From Alphaproteobacteria bacterium (GTDB lineage: Bacteria > Pseudomonadota > Alphaproteobacteria > SP197): 64,000 nucleotides of DNA. Positions within the stretch are counted from its first letter, which is position 1, and each line of letters starts with the position of its first letter. The notes beneath the pieces are model-generated. The model worked only from the letters and a program-made list of their open reading frames with translations. It searched no databases and was not told where the DNA came from. Below are positions 1 through 10,118 of the stretch, piece by piece. The stretch lies in assembly GCA_964291415.2 (NCBI GenBank), contig OZ219920.1:1408001-1472000 (forward strand), written 5' to 3'. Made by a program: the position numbers and the translations under genes.

Positions 1-1046
1 CACGGGTTCATCAGATCGTGGCGGAACACGGCAGGAACACCCTGATGACCGCCATGTCCGCCATCAATGACCGGGCCGAGGTCCAGATGCGCGAGGCGCT
101 CGCGGCAATTCCCGACGGCGTCTACACGGGCGAAGACTGGCTCGACGACAATGCTGCGGGCGGTGGCCCCGTCGCCGTCCGGGTGCAGGTGACCATCGCC
201 GGCGACCGGGCCCGGTTCGACTTTTCGGATACGGACGACGAGGCACGGGGGCCGGTGAACACCACGCCCTTTGTCGCTGCCGCTTCCGTCTTCTATGTGG
301 TCAAGGCACTCCTTGGCGCCAGCATCCAGCCCTGCGGTGGCTGCTACCGGCCGCTGGAGATCGTGACCCGGCCCGGTTCGCTGCTCGATCCGGGCCGGGA
401 GAGCCCGGTGGTGGGCGGCAATCACGAAACGTCGCAGCGTATTGCCGACGCCGTGTTCCGGGCTCTGGAACCGACCGGGCCGGAGCGGCTCACCGCCGGC
501 GGTCCCACCACATCGGGACTGGTCCTGTTCGGCGGACGACGGGCCGACGGGACCTGGACCACTCTCTACGAGGTCCATGGCGGTGGAGAGGGTGCGCGAC
601 ATGATCGCGAGGGGATGCCGGTGGTCCGGGTGCACTTGTCCAACGTGATGAACACGCCGGCCGAGGTGGTGGAGGCCGAATTCCCCATCCGCATCGAATG
701 CCAGCGCCTGCGCCGGGGGTCCGGTGGCGCCGGCCGGCATCGAGGTGGAGAGGGGTTGCACCGGGAGTACCGGATACTCGCCGACGACATGTCGGTCACG
801 TCGATGTTCGAGCGGCGCGTCGTGCCGCCCTACGGCTTGCAGGGGGGTGATTCCGGAGCGCCCTTCCGCGTAACCATCCAGCGTTCGGACGGCAGCCGGT
901 CGGACATGCCTGGCAAGGCGAACCTGCGTCTCGGCAGGGACGACGTGGTTGTCGTCGAAAGCTGCGGCGGCGGCGGTTACGGGCAACCCGGAACGACGGC
1001 AACGGATACACTCGCGAACAGTGCAGACAAGGGAAAGATGCAGTGA
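1..1046 (+). CDS. Hydantoinase B/oxoprolinase family protein (5' truncated by window edge)
   Basis: Frame is open to the window start. Motifs IPDGVY, GGNHETSQR, NTPAEVVE, SGGAGRHRGGEG and GGGGYG are typical of HyuB/OplB. Confidence 0.9.
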   Translation, partial: RVHQIVAEHGRNTLMTAMSAINDRAEVQMREALAAIPDGVYTGEDWLDDNAAGGGPVAVRVQVTIAGDRARFDFSDTDDEARGPVNTTPFVAAASVFYVVKALLGASIQPCGGCYRPLEIVTRPGSLLDPGRESPVVGGNHETSQRIADAVFRALEPTGPERLTAGGPTTSGLVLFGGRRADGTWTTLYEVHGGGEGARHDREGMPVVRVHLSNVMNTPAEVVEAEFPIRIECQRLRRGSGGAGRHRGGEGLHREYRILADDMSVTSMFERRVVPPYGLQGGDSGAPFRVTIQRSDGSRSDMPGKANLRLGRDDVVVVESCGGGGYGQPGTTATDTLANSADKGKMQ

Positions 1047-1825
1047 AACTGGACGGCAAGAAGGCAATTGTCACCGGCGCCGCGAAGGGCATGGGTGCTG
1101 CCATCACGACAACGCTCGCGCGCGAGGGCGCCGACGTCGTTCTCACGGCGCGCGAATCGGACGCCCTCGAACAGGTCGCCGGGGAGGTCCGGGCGGTTGG
1201 GCGTGCGGCTCATGTCGTCGCCTGCGATGTCACCGACGAAACGCAGGTCAAGGCGATGGTGAATCACGCCCTGGATGCCTTCGGCGGACGCATCGACATC
1301 CTGGTCAATGTCGCCGGCGTTACCGGTCCAATCGAGACGCCGGTGCAGGACATTGCCGTCGCCGACTTCGACGACGTCATCACGACAAACGAACGCGGCA
1401 CCTTCCTGCCCATCAAGCACGTGGTGCCGACCATGATCGCCCAAAGGAGCGGCAAGATCGTGAACATCGGCGGCACGTCCGGTCTGCGCGGTTACGCCAT
1501 GCGCACGGCCTACAGCGCCTCGAAATGGGCGGTACGCGGGATCACACGGACGGTGGCACTGGAGGTCGGCAAGTACAACATCAATGTCAACGCCGTCTGC
1601 CCGGGAATCGTCGAGACGCCGCGCATGCAGAAGCTGTGCGAGGAAAAGGCGCGCGTACGCGGCTGGACCGTCGACGATGTGTACGACGAGTATGTTCAGG
1701 AGATGGCACTGAAGCGCGTGACCACGCCAGTCGACGTGGCCAACGCCGTCCTGTTCATGGCAAGCGAGGACAGTCGTCAGATCACCGGCCAGGCCATCAC
1801 GGTCGACGGCGGCTGGGACGTGTGA
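1043..1825 (+). CDS. SDR family NAD(P)-dependent oxidoreductase
   Basis: TGAAKGMG Rossmann motif, YSASK catalytic motif, VDGG C-terminus. GTGA overlap with the upstream gene. Confidence 0.92.
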   Translation: MKLDGKKAIVTGAAKGMGAAITTTLAREGADVVLTARESDALEQVAGEVRAVGRAAHVVACDVTDETQVKAMVNHALDAFGGRIDILVNVAGVTGPIETPVQDIAVADFDDVITTNERGTFLPIKHVVPTMIAQRSGKIVNIGGTSGLRGYAMRTAYSASKWAVRGITRTVALEVGKYNINVNAVCPGIVETPRMQKLCEEKARVRGWTVDDVYDEYVQEMALKRVTTPVDVANAVLFMASEDSRQITGQAITVDGGWDV

Positions 1826-2288
1826 CCGGGCAGAGAACATGACGGCAGAAGTCGCTGCGAGGCGCGCACCGTTTGAACCCGAAGTCCCGAGCATTCCGGC
1901 CGGCGAGGTCATTGTTCCCTTTGCCGGGGCCACGAAGTGAATGTTCGGTGTCCGCGCCAGGCGGGAGCCGCTGTACCAAGTGACAAGCACCCGTGAAGTC
2001 GGCGAACTGCCGCGGATCGAATTCTGGCCCCGATACAAAGTCATGTCCAGGCGCACGGCAGCGAGCGCCGCGCTGTGAATGAACCGCTTTTCCCTCCTCA
2101 GGGGAAAGCAGCCGAATCCCGTACTCCCTGGACAGATCGCGACCATCCGGACGGACTTTGGATCAAACAGAGGCGTTCGCCTCAGGGGGCGGTCTCCGTC
2201 ATGCGCATTCGAAACTGGCAACTGTCGCGTCGCACGACCGGTCGGCTTCGGCTATCTTCGCCCCGACGCGGCGGCGAGGGGAGACACC

Positions 2289-3899
2289 ATGCCCAGGGCC
2301 ATGATCACCAGCCTTCAGCCCGATGCTGTCGAAGCCGGCGCACGGGTGTTGCGCCAGGGTGGCAACGCGGTCGACGCCGCCCTCGCCTGCGCTTTCGTGC
2401 AGACCGTGGTCGATCCGATGATGTGCGGAATCGCCGGGTTCGGGGCGATGCAGGTGTACATGCCCGGACGCGGTATCCATGAGATCATCGACTTTCACGG
2501 CCGGGTTCCGGCCGCCGCAACCCCGGACATGTGGCAGGACCGCATCCTGGGCGAGACCGAGGATGGCTTCGGTTTCGTCCTCAAAGACGCCGTCAACGAT
2601 CTCGGCTACCAGGCGATCACGACCCCCGGCACCTGCCGAGCCTTCGCCGAGGCGAACCACCGCTACGGCACGCTGGCGTGGGACGAACTGATCGAGCCCG
2701 CCATCGCCTATGCCCGGGGAGGCTTCGTCGTGCGGCCGGGCGTCCATGGCTACTGGGCCGCTCCGGACCACCCCGGGCGCACGAGCGTGCGCGAGCGCCT
2801 CGCGTTTTCGCCCGAGGGCCGCGCCATCTATTTCCGGGCCGACGGCGAACTCCACGGCATCGGCGCCACGATCCGCAACCCCGGAATGGCCTTTTCCCTG
2901 GAGCAGATTGCACGGCACGGCCCTGAGGAGTTCTACGAAGGCGAGATCGCCGCCCGGATCGATGCCGACATGAAGGCCCATGGCGGCCTGCTCTCGGCCC
3001 GCGACCTGCGCGCCTATGCCACCGACACCAATCGCCCGCTGTGGGGCAACTACCGCGGACACCGCCTGGCGACGAACCGCCCGCCGGGCGGCGGCGTCAT
3101 GCTCGTCGAAATGCTCAACATCCTCGAGAACTTCGACCTCGTCGCCATGGGCCACAACTCGCCCACCTACATCCGCACTGTTGCCGAAGCGATGAAAATC
3201 GCCACCGCAGACAAGGACAATCATGTCGGGGACCCACGCTTCACGGAGGTGCCTCTCGAACGGCTGACCGACAAGGCGTATGCCAGGGACCATTCGAGGG
3301 CCATCGAGGCCGGCGAGAAGGCACACGTCGAGAGGATGCCTCTCGCCGAGGCCAGCGGTACGACCCACCTTGTGACGGTCGACCGCGAAGGCAACATCGT
3401 CACCATGACGCACACGCTGGGAATGATGTCGGGTGTCATCACCGAGGGACTGGGCTTCATGTACAATGGTGCGATGGCGGTCTTTGATCCGCGCCCGGGC
3501 CGTACGGGCTCGATCGCGCCGGGCAAGGCCCGCTTCTCATCGCTGTGTCCCACCATCGTGTTCGACGGCAACCGCCCCGTCCTGGCGCTGGGCGCCCCGG
3601 GAGGCACCCAGATCGCCATGGGCGTGCTGCAGGTCATTCTCAACGTCATCGAGTTCGGCATGAGCCCGCAGGAGGCCATCCTGGCGCCCCGTTTCTCGGC
3701 CACCAGCGACACCATCACCGTGACGGCGCGCATACCGCGCTACCTTTGCAAAGACCTCGAGGCAGAGGGCTACCGCGTCGAGCGCAGCCCTTTCAGCTAC
3801 GATATCGCCTCGGTCCATGCCATCGGCTTCGACTCCGAAGGTCATCCTTCAGGAGGAGCCGACATTCCCTACGGCGACGGCATGGCGCTGGCCGTCTGA
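2289..3899 (+). CDS. ggt: Gamma-glutamyltransferase family protein
   Basis: GGNAVDAA, nucleophile segment TTHLVTVDREGN, GAPGG. ATG at 2289 follows GAGGGGAG. Confidence 0.9.
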   Translation: MPRAMITSLQPDAVEAGARVLRQGGNAVDAALACAFVQTVVDPMMCGIAGFGAMQVYMPGRGIHEIIDFHGRVPAAATPDMWQDRILGETEDGFGFVLKDAVNDLGYQAITTPGTCRAFAEANHRYGTLAWDELIEPAIAYARGGFVVRPGVHGYWAAPDHPGRTSVRERLAFSPEGRAIYFRADGELHGIGATIRNPGMAFSLEQIARHGPEEFYEGEIAARIDADMKAHGGLLSARDLRAYATDTNRPLWGNYRGHRLATNRPPGGGVMLVEMLNILENFDLVAMGHNSPTYIRTVAEAMKIATADKDNHVGDPRFTEVPLERLTDKAYARDHSRAIEAGEKAHVERMPLAEASGTTHLVTVDREGNIVTMTHTLGMMSGVITEGLGFMYNGAMAVFDPRPGRTGSIAPGKARFSSLCPTIVFDGNRPVLALGAPGGTQIAMGVLQVILNVIEFGMSPQEAILAPRFSATSDTITVTARIPRYLCKDLEAEGYRVERSPFSYDIASVHAIGFDSEGHPSGGADIPYGDGMALAV

Positions 3900-4013
3900 G
3901 CGATCCGGTAATCGCTCTCGAAAATCGAATGGCAGACGCTCACCGTCGTCCCGACCTGCCGGCACTTCAGGCGCCTGAGAGAGGCTCCGGGATGGAATGG
4001 CACCTTTCGTGAT

Positions 4014-4031
4014 TTGTCACACTCCTGACAA
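4014..4031. promoter_or_regulatory. Inverted repeat TTGTCA-N6-TGACAA, candidate operator
   Basis: Perfect 6-bp arms in an AT-rich stretch upstream of the binding-protein gene. Confidence 0.4.
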
Positions 4032-4103
4032 TGACATAACATGCACACAATATCGGCTTGAAATTGAACTAAAACCTAAGAGCGGTCAGGAGGGCCAATC
4101 ACC

Positions 4104-5240
4104 ATGAACAAGATTCAAGGGCTGTTTCCGGACGGCGCCCCCTTGTCGTCCGTCGCTCCCGGCACAAGCCGCCGTCAGGTGCTCAGCACCCTGGCGTCAG
4201 CCGGCATTCTCGTGACGTCTGTGCCGTTTGTCGGACGCACTCAGGCAGCCGATCATCACCCGCTGGTGTTCACATGGGACGGGTACAACGTGCCCGAACT
4301 CCACAAGCCCTATAGCGACAAGTATGGGCGATCGCCGGAGTTCTCGTTGTTCGGCGGTCTCGACGAGGCATTCGCCAAGCATCTTTCGGGCTTCGTCCCC
4401 GATATCACCACGCCTGGCGCCGAGACGATTGAGCGCTGGAGGGACGGCGGCATCATCGTGCCCACCGATACCTCGAAGCTCAGCAACTGGCCCGATCTGT
4501 TCGACGGCCTCAAGACACAGGCTCCCGCATTCGAGGACGGTCAGCAGTGGGCCGTTCCCTTTGCGTGGGGCGGATCGGCCATTGTCTATCGCCCGGATCT
4601 GGCGCCCGAGTACGCTGACAATCCGACATGGGACATCCTTTGGGATCCCAAGTACGAGGGCCGCCTTTCGATGCGCGACGATTCGACGGACAGCGTCGTC
4701 ACGGCTGCCATCGTCGCCGGCATCGACGATCCGTTCAACATGACCGACGATGACATCGCCAGGGTCCGGGCGCTCCTGACCGAGCAACGACCGCTGCTGC
4801 GCTACTACTGGAGCGATGCCACGTCGATGGAACAGTCCATGGCGACAGGAGAAATTGTCGCGTCGTACGGTTGGACGAGCTCGGTCTCGATTCTCAGGTC
4901 ACAGGGCGTTCCGGTCGAATTCATGGTTCCAAAGGAAGGCATGATCGTCTGGATCGACTTCCTGTCGATCTGCAACGGCGCCACGGCCTCGGAAGAGAAA
5001 ATGTACGACTACATCGATTCCGTGATCTCGCCCGAGAGCGGTGCTTTTCTTCTTGGCGAATGGGCAGTGGCCTCGCCCAACCGGAAGGCCTACGACCTCG
5101 TCGACCTGGAGATGGTCAGGGAACTCGGTCTCGACAACGCCGATGCCGTCACGGAAGCCGGTGTCTTGTTGATTCCGTTCTCCGTCGAGAGTCAGCCCAA
5201 GGTCGTCGGCATGTTTGACGAGGTCAAGTCCGGCTTCTAA
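4104..5240 (+). CDS. PotD/PotF-like polyamine ABC transporter substrate-binding protein with Tat-like signal
   Basis: SRRQVL twin-arginine motif, FTWDGY, VPFAWG, WDILWDPKYEGR, PKEG..WID. Confidence 0.85.
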   Translation: MNKIQGLFPDGAPLSSVAPGTSRRQVLSTLASAGILVTSVPFVGRTQAADHHPLVFTWDGYNVPELHKPYSDKYGRSPEFSLFGGLDEAFAKHLSGFVPDITTPGAETIERWRDGGIIVPTDTSKLSNWPDLFDGLKTQAPAFEDGQQWAVPFAWGGSAIVYRPDLAPEYADNPTWDILWDPKYEGRLSMRDDSTDSVVTAAIVAGIDDPFNMTDDDIARVRALLTEQRPLLRYYWSDATSMEQSMATGEIVASYGWTSSVSILRSQGVPVEFMVPKEGMIVWIDFLSICNGATASEEKMYDYIDSVISPESGAFLLGEWAVASPNRKAYDLVDLEMVRELGLDNADAVTEAGVLLIPFSVESQPKVVGMFDEVKSGF

Positions 5241-5403
5241 CCCTATCGAGTCTGTTGACAAAACAGGCTGAGTGCGGCGCGTGCCAGCCGTTGGCGCAGC
5301 GATACGTTGGAGGACACCGGCCTTCCGTTTGCCTACGAAGATGGACACCGGCAGCATCGCCGTTGATCACCATCTCCGCCATGGCCTCCCGACGGCAGGA
5401 GTT

Positions 5404-6857
5404 TCATGGCGGGAAGACATGGATCCGCGTTCTGTCGACGACGAGGCCGAGGGTGTCGCCTTCCATGAAGGAGCCGGCCGGAACCGCGTCATTGACCCGA
5501 ACGGTACAGCGACTGGCCGGGGTGTCGAAATGAAGCAGAGTCTCGGCGCCGAGCGGTTCGATGCTACTTCCTGAGAGTTGTCGGACGGCCCTCCCAATAG
5601 TGATCGACAAGGCGGGCGACGAGGTCCGCCTCCCCGGTCCATCGCAAGCCGAGCGATTCCGGCTTCCCCAATCGTATCCCGATGGTCTGAGGTAGGCCCT
5701 CCTTCGACCCCTGTGGCTGACCGAATGCGGGTCCTGGCGTTCATGAAAGGCATGGATCGTGACGAGATGTCTCACACTTGACCGCGAAGGTGACCGCGAG
5801 CCGGTATCGCGTCCACGTTTCCATGCATCGAAAGAAAGTTCATGGCCGGCGCTCAGGTGACGATGAATCCGTGCAACGATAGGTGTTGGCCGGATTGCCA
5901 AATCATGGTAGAGTTCCATCGGCGTGGGCCGGCGACCTGGTATATGATTCTTGCCTCTCAAAACAGGAAGACCGAATTTATATTGAGATTTCTTCACCTC
6001 AACTATCCCCCTGGTTGATGACGTTAAGGATTCTTCATCATGCGGTCGGCGAGGGTCATCTGCCTCGGTCTGGTCTGATGTTTGTCTTGGGTGTTGTAGA
6101 TCTGAACTGGTCACGCCATCAAGACCTGCCCCGCCTTGTGAAGCCGCGATCTCGAGGCGCATGCGCACTTCCGCGCAGTCGCCGCATTGTCGATTGCGGA
6201 GGTTGGAGAGCGGCTCGTCGAACAGGAACACCTCCGGATCGCGGATGATCGCCCGCCCGATTGGCGACACGGCTGACATGCTCGCCGCCGGTATCGACAG
6301 CTGCCGATGGGCATGCGGGTAGAGAGCAGGTCTGCGATGCCCAGTCTCGCCTTCGGCGTGGGTGACATAAATCGTCACGCCATCGAGCGCCTTGTGAAGC
6401 CGGGCCTCGAGACGCATCACGCGCCGATCAATCTCTCCGGATGATCGCCCGCCGCGCGCTGCGGGCAGCTGCCGGGGCATGCGGGTGAGCAGGTCTGCGA
6501 TGCCCAGTCTTTCGGATCACGCGCCGATCAATCTCTTGCCGGCGTGCGGGCAAGCGAGAGTCCGAATCCGATGTTGCCGGCGACGTCCAGATGCGGGAAG
6601 AGGGCGTAGGACTGGAAGACCATGGCAAGGCGCCGCTTCGAGGGAGCAACGCCGGTCACGTCGCGTCCGCCAATCCTGATCGTGCCGTCGCTGACGTCCT
6701 CAAGGCCCGAGATCAGGCGCAACATGGTCGATTTGCCACACCCCGAAGGGCCGACGAAGACCATGAACTCGCCTCTCACGATATCGAGCGAGACGTCCCG
6801 GATGACCTCGACGTCGCCGAAGGACTTGCGGATGTTTTCCAGCGTGACGCGTGCCAT
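5404..6857 (-). pseudogene. MalK/UgpC-type sugar ABC ATPase, frameshifted and scrambled (possibly an assembly artefact)
   Basis: Intact N-terminus with Walker [10 protein letters not shown] stops at 6528. Fragments FLFDEPLSNL, IYVTH, PMELYH and EPLGAETLLH are recognisable downstream among duplicated blocks. Confidence 0.85.
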
Positions 6858-6859
6858 TC

Positions 6860-7705
6860 CTACCCCTTGACCGCGCCCATGGTCATGCCCTTGATGAAAT
6901 AGCGCTGGAAGAAGAGGAAGATCACCAGGGTGGGCAGGCTGGCAACCAGGGACAGCGCCCCCTGCACGCCCCAGGCGACCGTGTACTGCCCCTTGAGGTT
7001 GACGATTCCGATCATGATGGTGCGCTTCTCATCGGACTGGGTGAAAATCAGGGGCCAGAGAAAGTCGTTCCAGATCCATGTGAACTGCAGGGTGGCCAGG
7101 ACCGCCAGCGCCGGCAAACCCAGCGGAATGGCCACCCTGGTGAGAACCTGCCATTCGCTGGCGCCTTCAAGGATGGCCGCCTCTCTCAGGGCGTCCGGAA
7201 CGGTGGCAAAGAAGTTCCTCATCAACAGCGTGCAGATGGGAATACCGAGCGCCGTGTGGACGAGGAAGATTGGCCACAGTGTATCGATGAGACCAACGCC
7301 ATTGAACAGTCTGAACAGCGGCACCAGGATGACCTGGGGCGGAAAGAACATACCGGCGACGATGGCAAGGAAGAGGATTCCAGCACCGCGGAACGGCAGC
7401 TTGGCAAAGACATAGCCTGCAAGGACGCCAAGCGCGGTCGACGCCGCGGTTGCCGGGACGGTCACGATCACGGTGTTGACGAAGTAGCGATGAACTGCGG
7501 GATTCGAGAGGACCTCGGCGTAGTTTCCCAGAAAGAGTTCGCCCGGGATCGACCACAGGTCGCCGAGCGCAATGGCTCGTGTCGTCTTGATCGAGGACAG
7601 CAGCACACCGACGGTCGGTGTGAGGAACAGCACTGCCAGCATGACCAGGATTGCGATGAGCGCCGCCGTCCAGGGCGTAAGCGGCAGCGTCCGGCGTTCA
7701 GCCAT
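6860..7705 (-). CDS. Carbohydrate ABC transporter permease (MalG-like)
   Basis: EAA loop [20 protein letters not shown]-terminal GAVKG. Confidence 0.93.
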   Translation of the reverse strand: MAERRTLPLTPWTAALIAILVMLAVLFLTPTVGVLLSSIKTTRAIALGDLWSIPGELFLGNYAEVLSNPAVHRYFVNTVIVTVPATAASTALGVLAGYVFAKLPFRGAGILFLAIVAGMFFPPQVILVPLFRLFNGVGLIDTLWPIFLVHTALGIPICTLLMRNFFATVPDALREAAILEGASEWQVLTRVAIPLGLPALAVLATLQFTWIWNDFLWPLIFTQSDEKRTIMIGIVNLKGQYTVAWGVQGALSLVASLPTLVIFLFFQRYFIKGMTMGAVKG

Positions 7706-8579
7706 AGATCTCATCGAGCCTCTTCAACTGCCGGAAATAGAATCCGATGATGACCAGAGCGATGAGAAAGAGAATGACCGAAATGGCGCTGCCATAGCCC
7801 ATCAGGTACTTCTTGAAGCTCTCGTTGTACATGTGCATGGCAAGCGTGTCGGAGGAATGAAACGGTCCGCCGCCCGTCATGATGTAGAGAATGTCGAACC
7901 CCTTGAGCGAGTTGATGATCGACAGCGCAATGACCACGATTGTCGAGGGAATCAGGAGAGGAACGACGACACGCCGAATGCGCTGCCATGCCGTGGCCCC
8001 CTCGATGTCACAGACCTCGAGCAGGTCAGAGGGTATCGCCGTCAACCCGGCAAGATAGATGACCATGGAGAGTCCGGTCTGTTGCCAGGACCAGGCGACG
8101 ATGACCGACCACAGGGCACTGCCGGGTCTGGCGAGCCAGGCATGCGTGAACGGTTCACCGGCAACGAACGAGATGACCGCGTTGAGAAGACCCCAGTCGG
8201 GCTGATAGATCCAGGTCCATATCTGGCCCACAACGATGGCCGAAAGGCAGATCGGCAGATAGAAGATGGTCTTGAAGATCCGGGCGCCGCGAATCTGCCT
8301 GTCGAGGAGGAGCGCCAGGGCAAGACCGAGGAGTGTCGGCAACAGGATAGCTGCCACCATCCACAAGGCGGTGTTGATGATGGCCCCGAAGAACAGCCGG
8401 TCCGTCCAGATTCTGGCGTAGTTGTCAAATCCGACGAAAGCGTAGTTCGGATCGAATCCGTTCCAGTCGGTGAAGCTGTACCAGAATGAACTGAAGAGCG
8501 GCCACACGACGAAGACCGCAAAGACCGAGAGCGGAAGAATGAGCAGGACTACACGCCAGAACCGATTCTCGCGTTCCAT
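7698..8579 (-). CDS. Carbohydrate ABC transporter permease (MalF/UgpA-like)
   Basis: SFTDWNG, FVGFDNY, MTGGGP, multiple transmembrane helices. Confidence 0.93.
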   Translation of the reverse strand: MERENRFWRVVLLILPLSVFAVFVVWPLFSSFWYSFTDWNGFDPNYAFVGFDNYARIWTDRLFFGAIINTALWMVAAILLPTLLGLALALLLDRQIRGARIFKTIFYLPICLSAIVVGQIWTWIYQPDWGLLNAVISFVAGEPFTHAWLARPGSALWSVIVAWSWQQTGLSMVIYLAGLTAIPSDLLEVCDIEGATAWQRIRRVVVPLLIPSTIVVIALSIINSLKGFDILYIMTGGGPFHSSDTLAMHMYNESFKKYLMGYGSAISVILFLIALVIIGFYFRQLKRLDEIYG

Positions 8580-8597
8580 CCGCTCCTCCGCCGGTTA

Positions 8598-8631
8598 CAG
8601 GGCCGTGCCACCAAGGGACGGCACGGCCCTG
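8598..8631 (-). terminator. 12-bp GC-rich hairpin between the binding-protein and permease genes
   Basis: cagggccgtgcc-N10-ggcacggccctg with no U-tract. Probably an mRNA-stabilising or attenuating stem. Confidence 0.55.
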
Positions 8632-8643
8632 CCCTCTACGTTA

Positions 8644-9915
8644 TCACTGGGTAAAGGCCGAAGCTGCGTCCGAAGCCGCCTGCTCAAGAATGGCATCAAC
8701 CCTGGAGGGATCATCCATGAACTCGGCGAACATGGAGAGACCGACCTCGGCCACCGGTGGCGGTGTCGCAAGGTCGTAGTTGAAGGCAAAGTTGTCCGAC
8801 GCGCCAATGGTGGCAATGACGTTCTGCGTCACATCGTTGTAGTGCGCCGGATCGACATTCACATTGGCCGAAACAGCGCCGACCGCATTGGTCCACGCCA
8901 GCTGGACGTCGGTGTCGGACATCATGAAAGCGAGGAACGCCTTTCCTCCTTCAGGGTTGTTCCCGTGGGCCGAGACCACGAATCCGTCCACCGGTCCGAC
9001 CACCGAGACCGGAACCGAGTCGTCGATCACCGGAAACGGAAAGAACGAGTAGTCATCGCCTGGAACGAGACCGATGTCGTTCCAGTAGCCGGTGATCCAG
9101 GTCCCCATGAGGGTCATGGCAGCATCACCGCGGGCAACCCTGTCCGACGCGTCGGTCCAGGTGTCGGCATTGGCGTTGGGAGCAAAGTACCCGCGGTCGG
9201 CAAGGTCCTTCCACATCGCCATCGCCCGGGCGACCTCGTCATCGTCGTACCTGGCCGTGCCGTTCATCAGCGCGGCGCGGTAGTCCGGACCGGCCGTTCC
9301 AAGGAGCAGGTAGTCGAACCAGAACTGTGCCGGCCAGCGGTACTTGGAACCCAGTGCGATCGGCGCCACGCCGGCGTTCTTGAGAACTTCGGCGACTTCA
9401 AGAAACTCGTCCCAAGTGCCTGGAAGTTCGGTGATACCGGCGTCGGCGAACACCTGCGTGTTGTAGAACATTCCGGCATAGTGGTAGTTGAACGGCACCA
9501 GGTAGCGCATGCCGTCATAAAGGGTGGCACTGTCGGCAATGGACTTCGCCACGACATCGTCAAGGCCTTCCCGGTCCCACATGTCATCAATGGGGGTGAG
9601 ACTCCCCGAGTCGACCACGAACTGGACCCTGGCTCCGGCCCAGTAGCTGAAGACATCCGGCAGACTGTTGCCGGACGCCCTTACGAGAATGTCCGTCTTG
9701 AAGTCCTCGTGACCCACCGGACTGTTGCGCATCACGTAACCGGACGCCTCCTCGAAGCGGGCGATCTGCTCGTTGAGCGCCTTGAGACCGAGATCACCGG
9801 TAAAGTAGTGGGTAATCGTGACCTCGTTGTCCTGGGCCGACACGGACAGGCCTGTCGCCGCCATGACCGCGCCGGCAACGCAGGAAATCAGCGCACGTCT
9901 GTTGAAACATGTCAT
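8644..9915 (-). CDS. Sugar ABC transporter substrate-binding protein
   Basis: NRRAL signal peptide, PDVFSYW, FYNTQVF, MTLMGTW. ATG at 9915 follows GGAGGG. Confidence 0.9.
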   Translation of the reverse strand: MTCFNRRALISCVAGAVMAATGLSVSAQDNEVTITHYFTGDLGLKALNEQIARFEEASGYVMRNSPVGHEDFKTDILVRASGNSLPDVFSYWAGARVQFVVDSGSLTPIDDMWDREGLDDVVAKSIADSATLYDGMRYLVPFNYHYAGMFYNTQVFADAGITELPGTWDEFLEVAEVLKNAGVAPIALGSKYRWPAQFWFDYLLLGTAGPDYRAALMNGTARYDDDEVARAMAMWKDLADRGYFAPNANADTWTDASDRVARGDAAMTLMGTWITGYWNDIGLVPGDDYSFFPFPVIDDSVPVSVVGPVDGFVVSAHGNNPEGGKAFLAFMMSDTDVQLAWTNAVGAVSANVNVDPAHYNDVTQNVIATIGASDNFAFNYDLATPPPVAEVGLSMFAEFMDDPSRVDAILEQAASDAASAFTQ

Positions 9916-9935
9916 CAGAGGTTCCCTCCCGGCTA

Positions 9936-10076
9936 ATTTACACATGTTGTACATTCAGCACCAAATTCGGGACAGCATGCGCCGCTCAGCGGCGTTGTCA
10001 ACGGGAAGTGTTGCCAATGCTGTAAGTAGAAGGCATCTTGTCGGCAGTATTGCTGCTCTGTACAACAGTGTTGAAC
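9936..10076. promoter_or_regulatory. Divergent promoter region with two related candidate IclR operators
   Basis: GTACAACAGTGTTGAAC (10060-10076, +) and GTACAACATGTGTAAAT (9936-9952, -). TTGACA-N16-CATGCT on the minus strand (10001-9974). Confidence 0.5.
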
Positions 10077-10118
10077 GTATTGTGCAATATGCGGTGACCT
10101 CACTTGAGGAAGTTCCCG

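Noticed and set aside
3998-4013. Sigma54-like TGGCAC-N5-GTGA upstream of the PotD-like gene
   Set aside because: The -12 element lacks the conserved TTGC, and no activator gene is nearby.
5248-5265. gagtctgttgacaaaa resembling an IS terminal inverted repeat
   Set aside because: No partner repeat or transposase was found, and it is too short to support.
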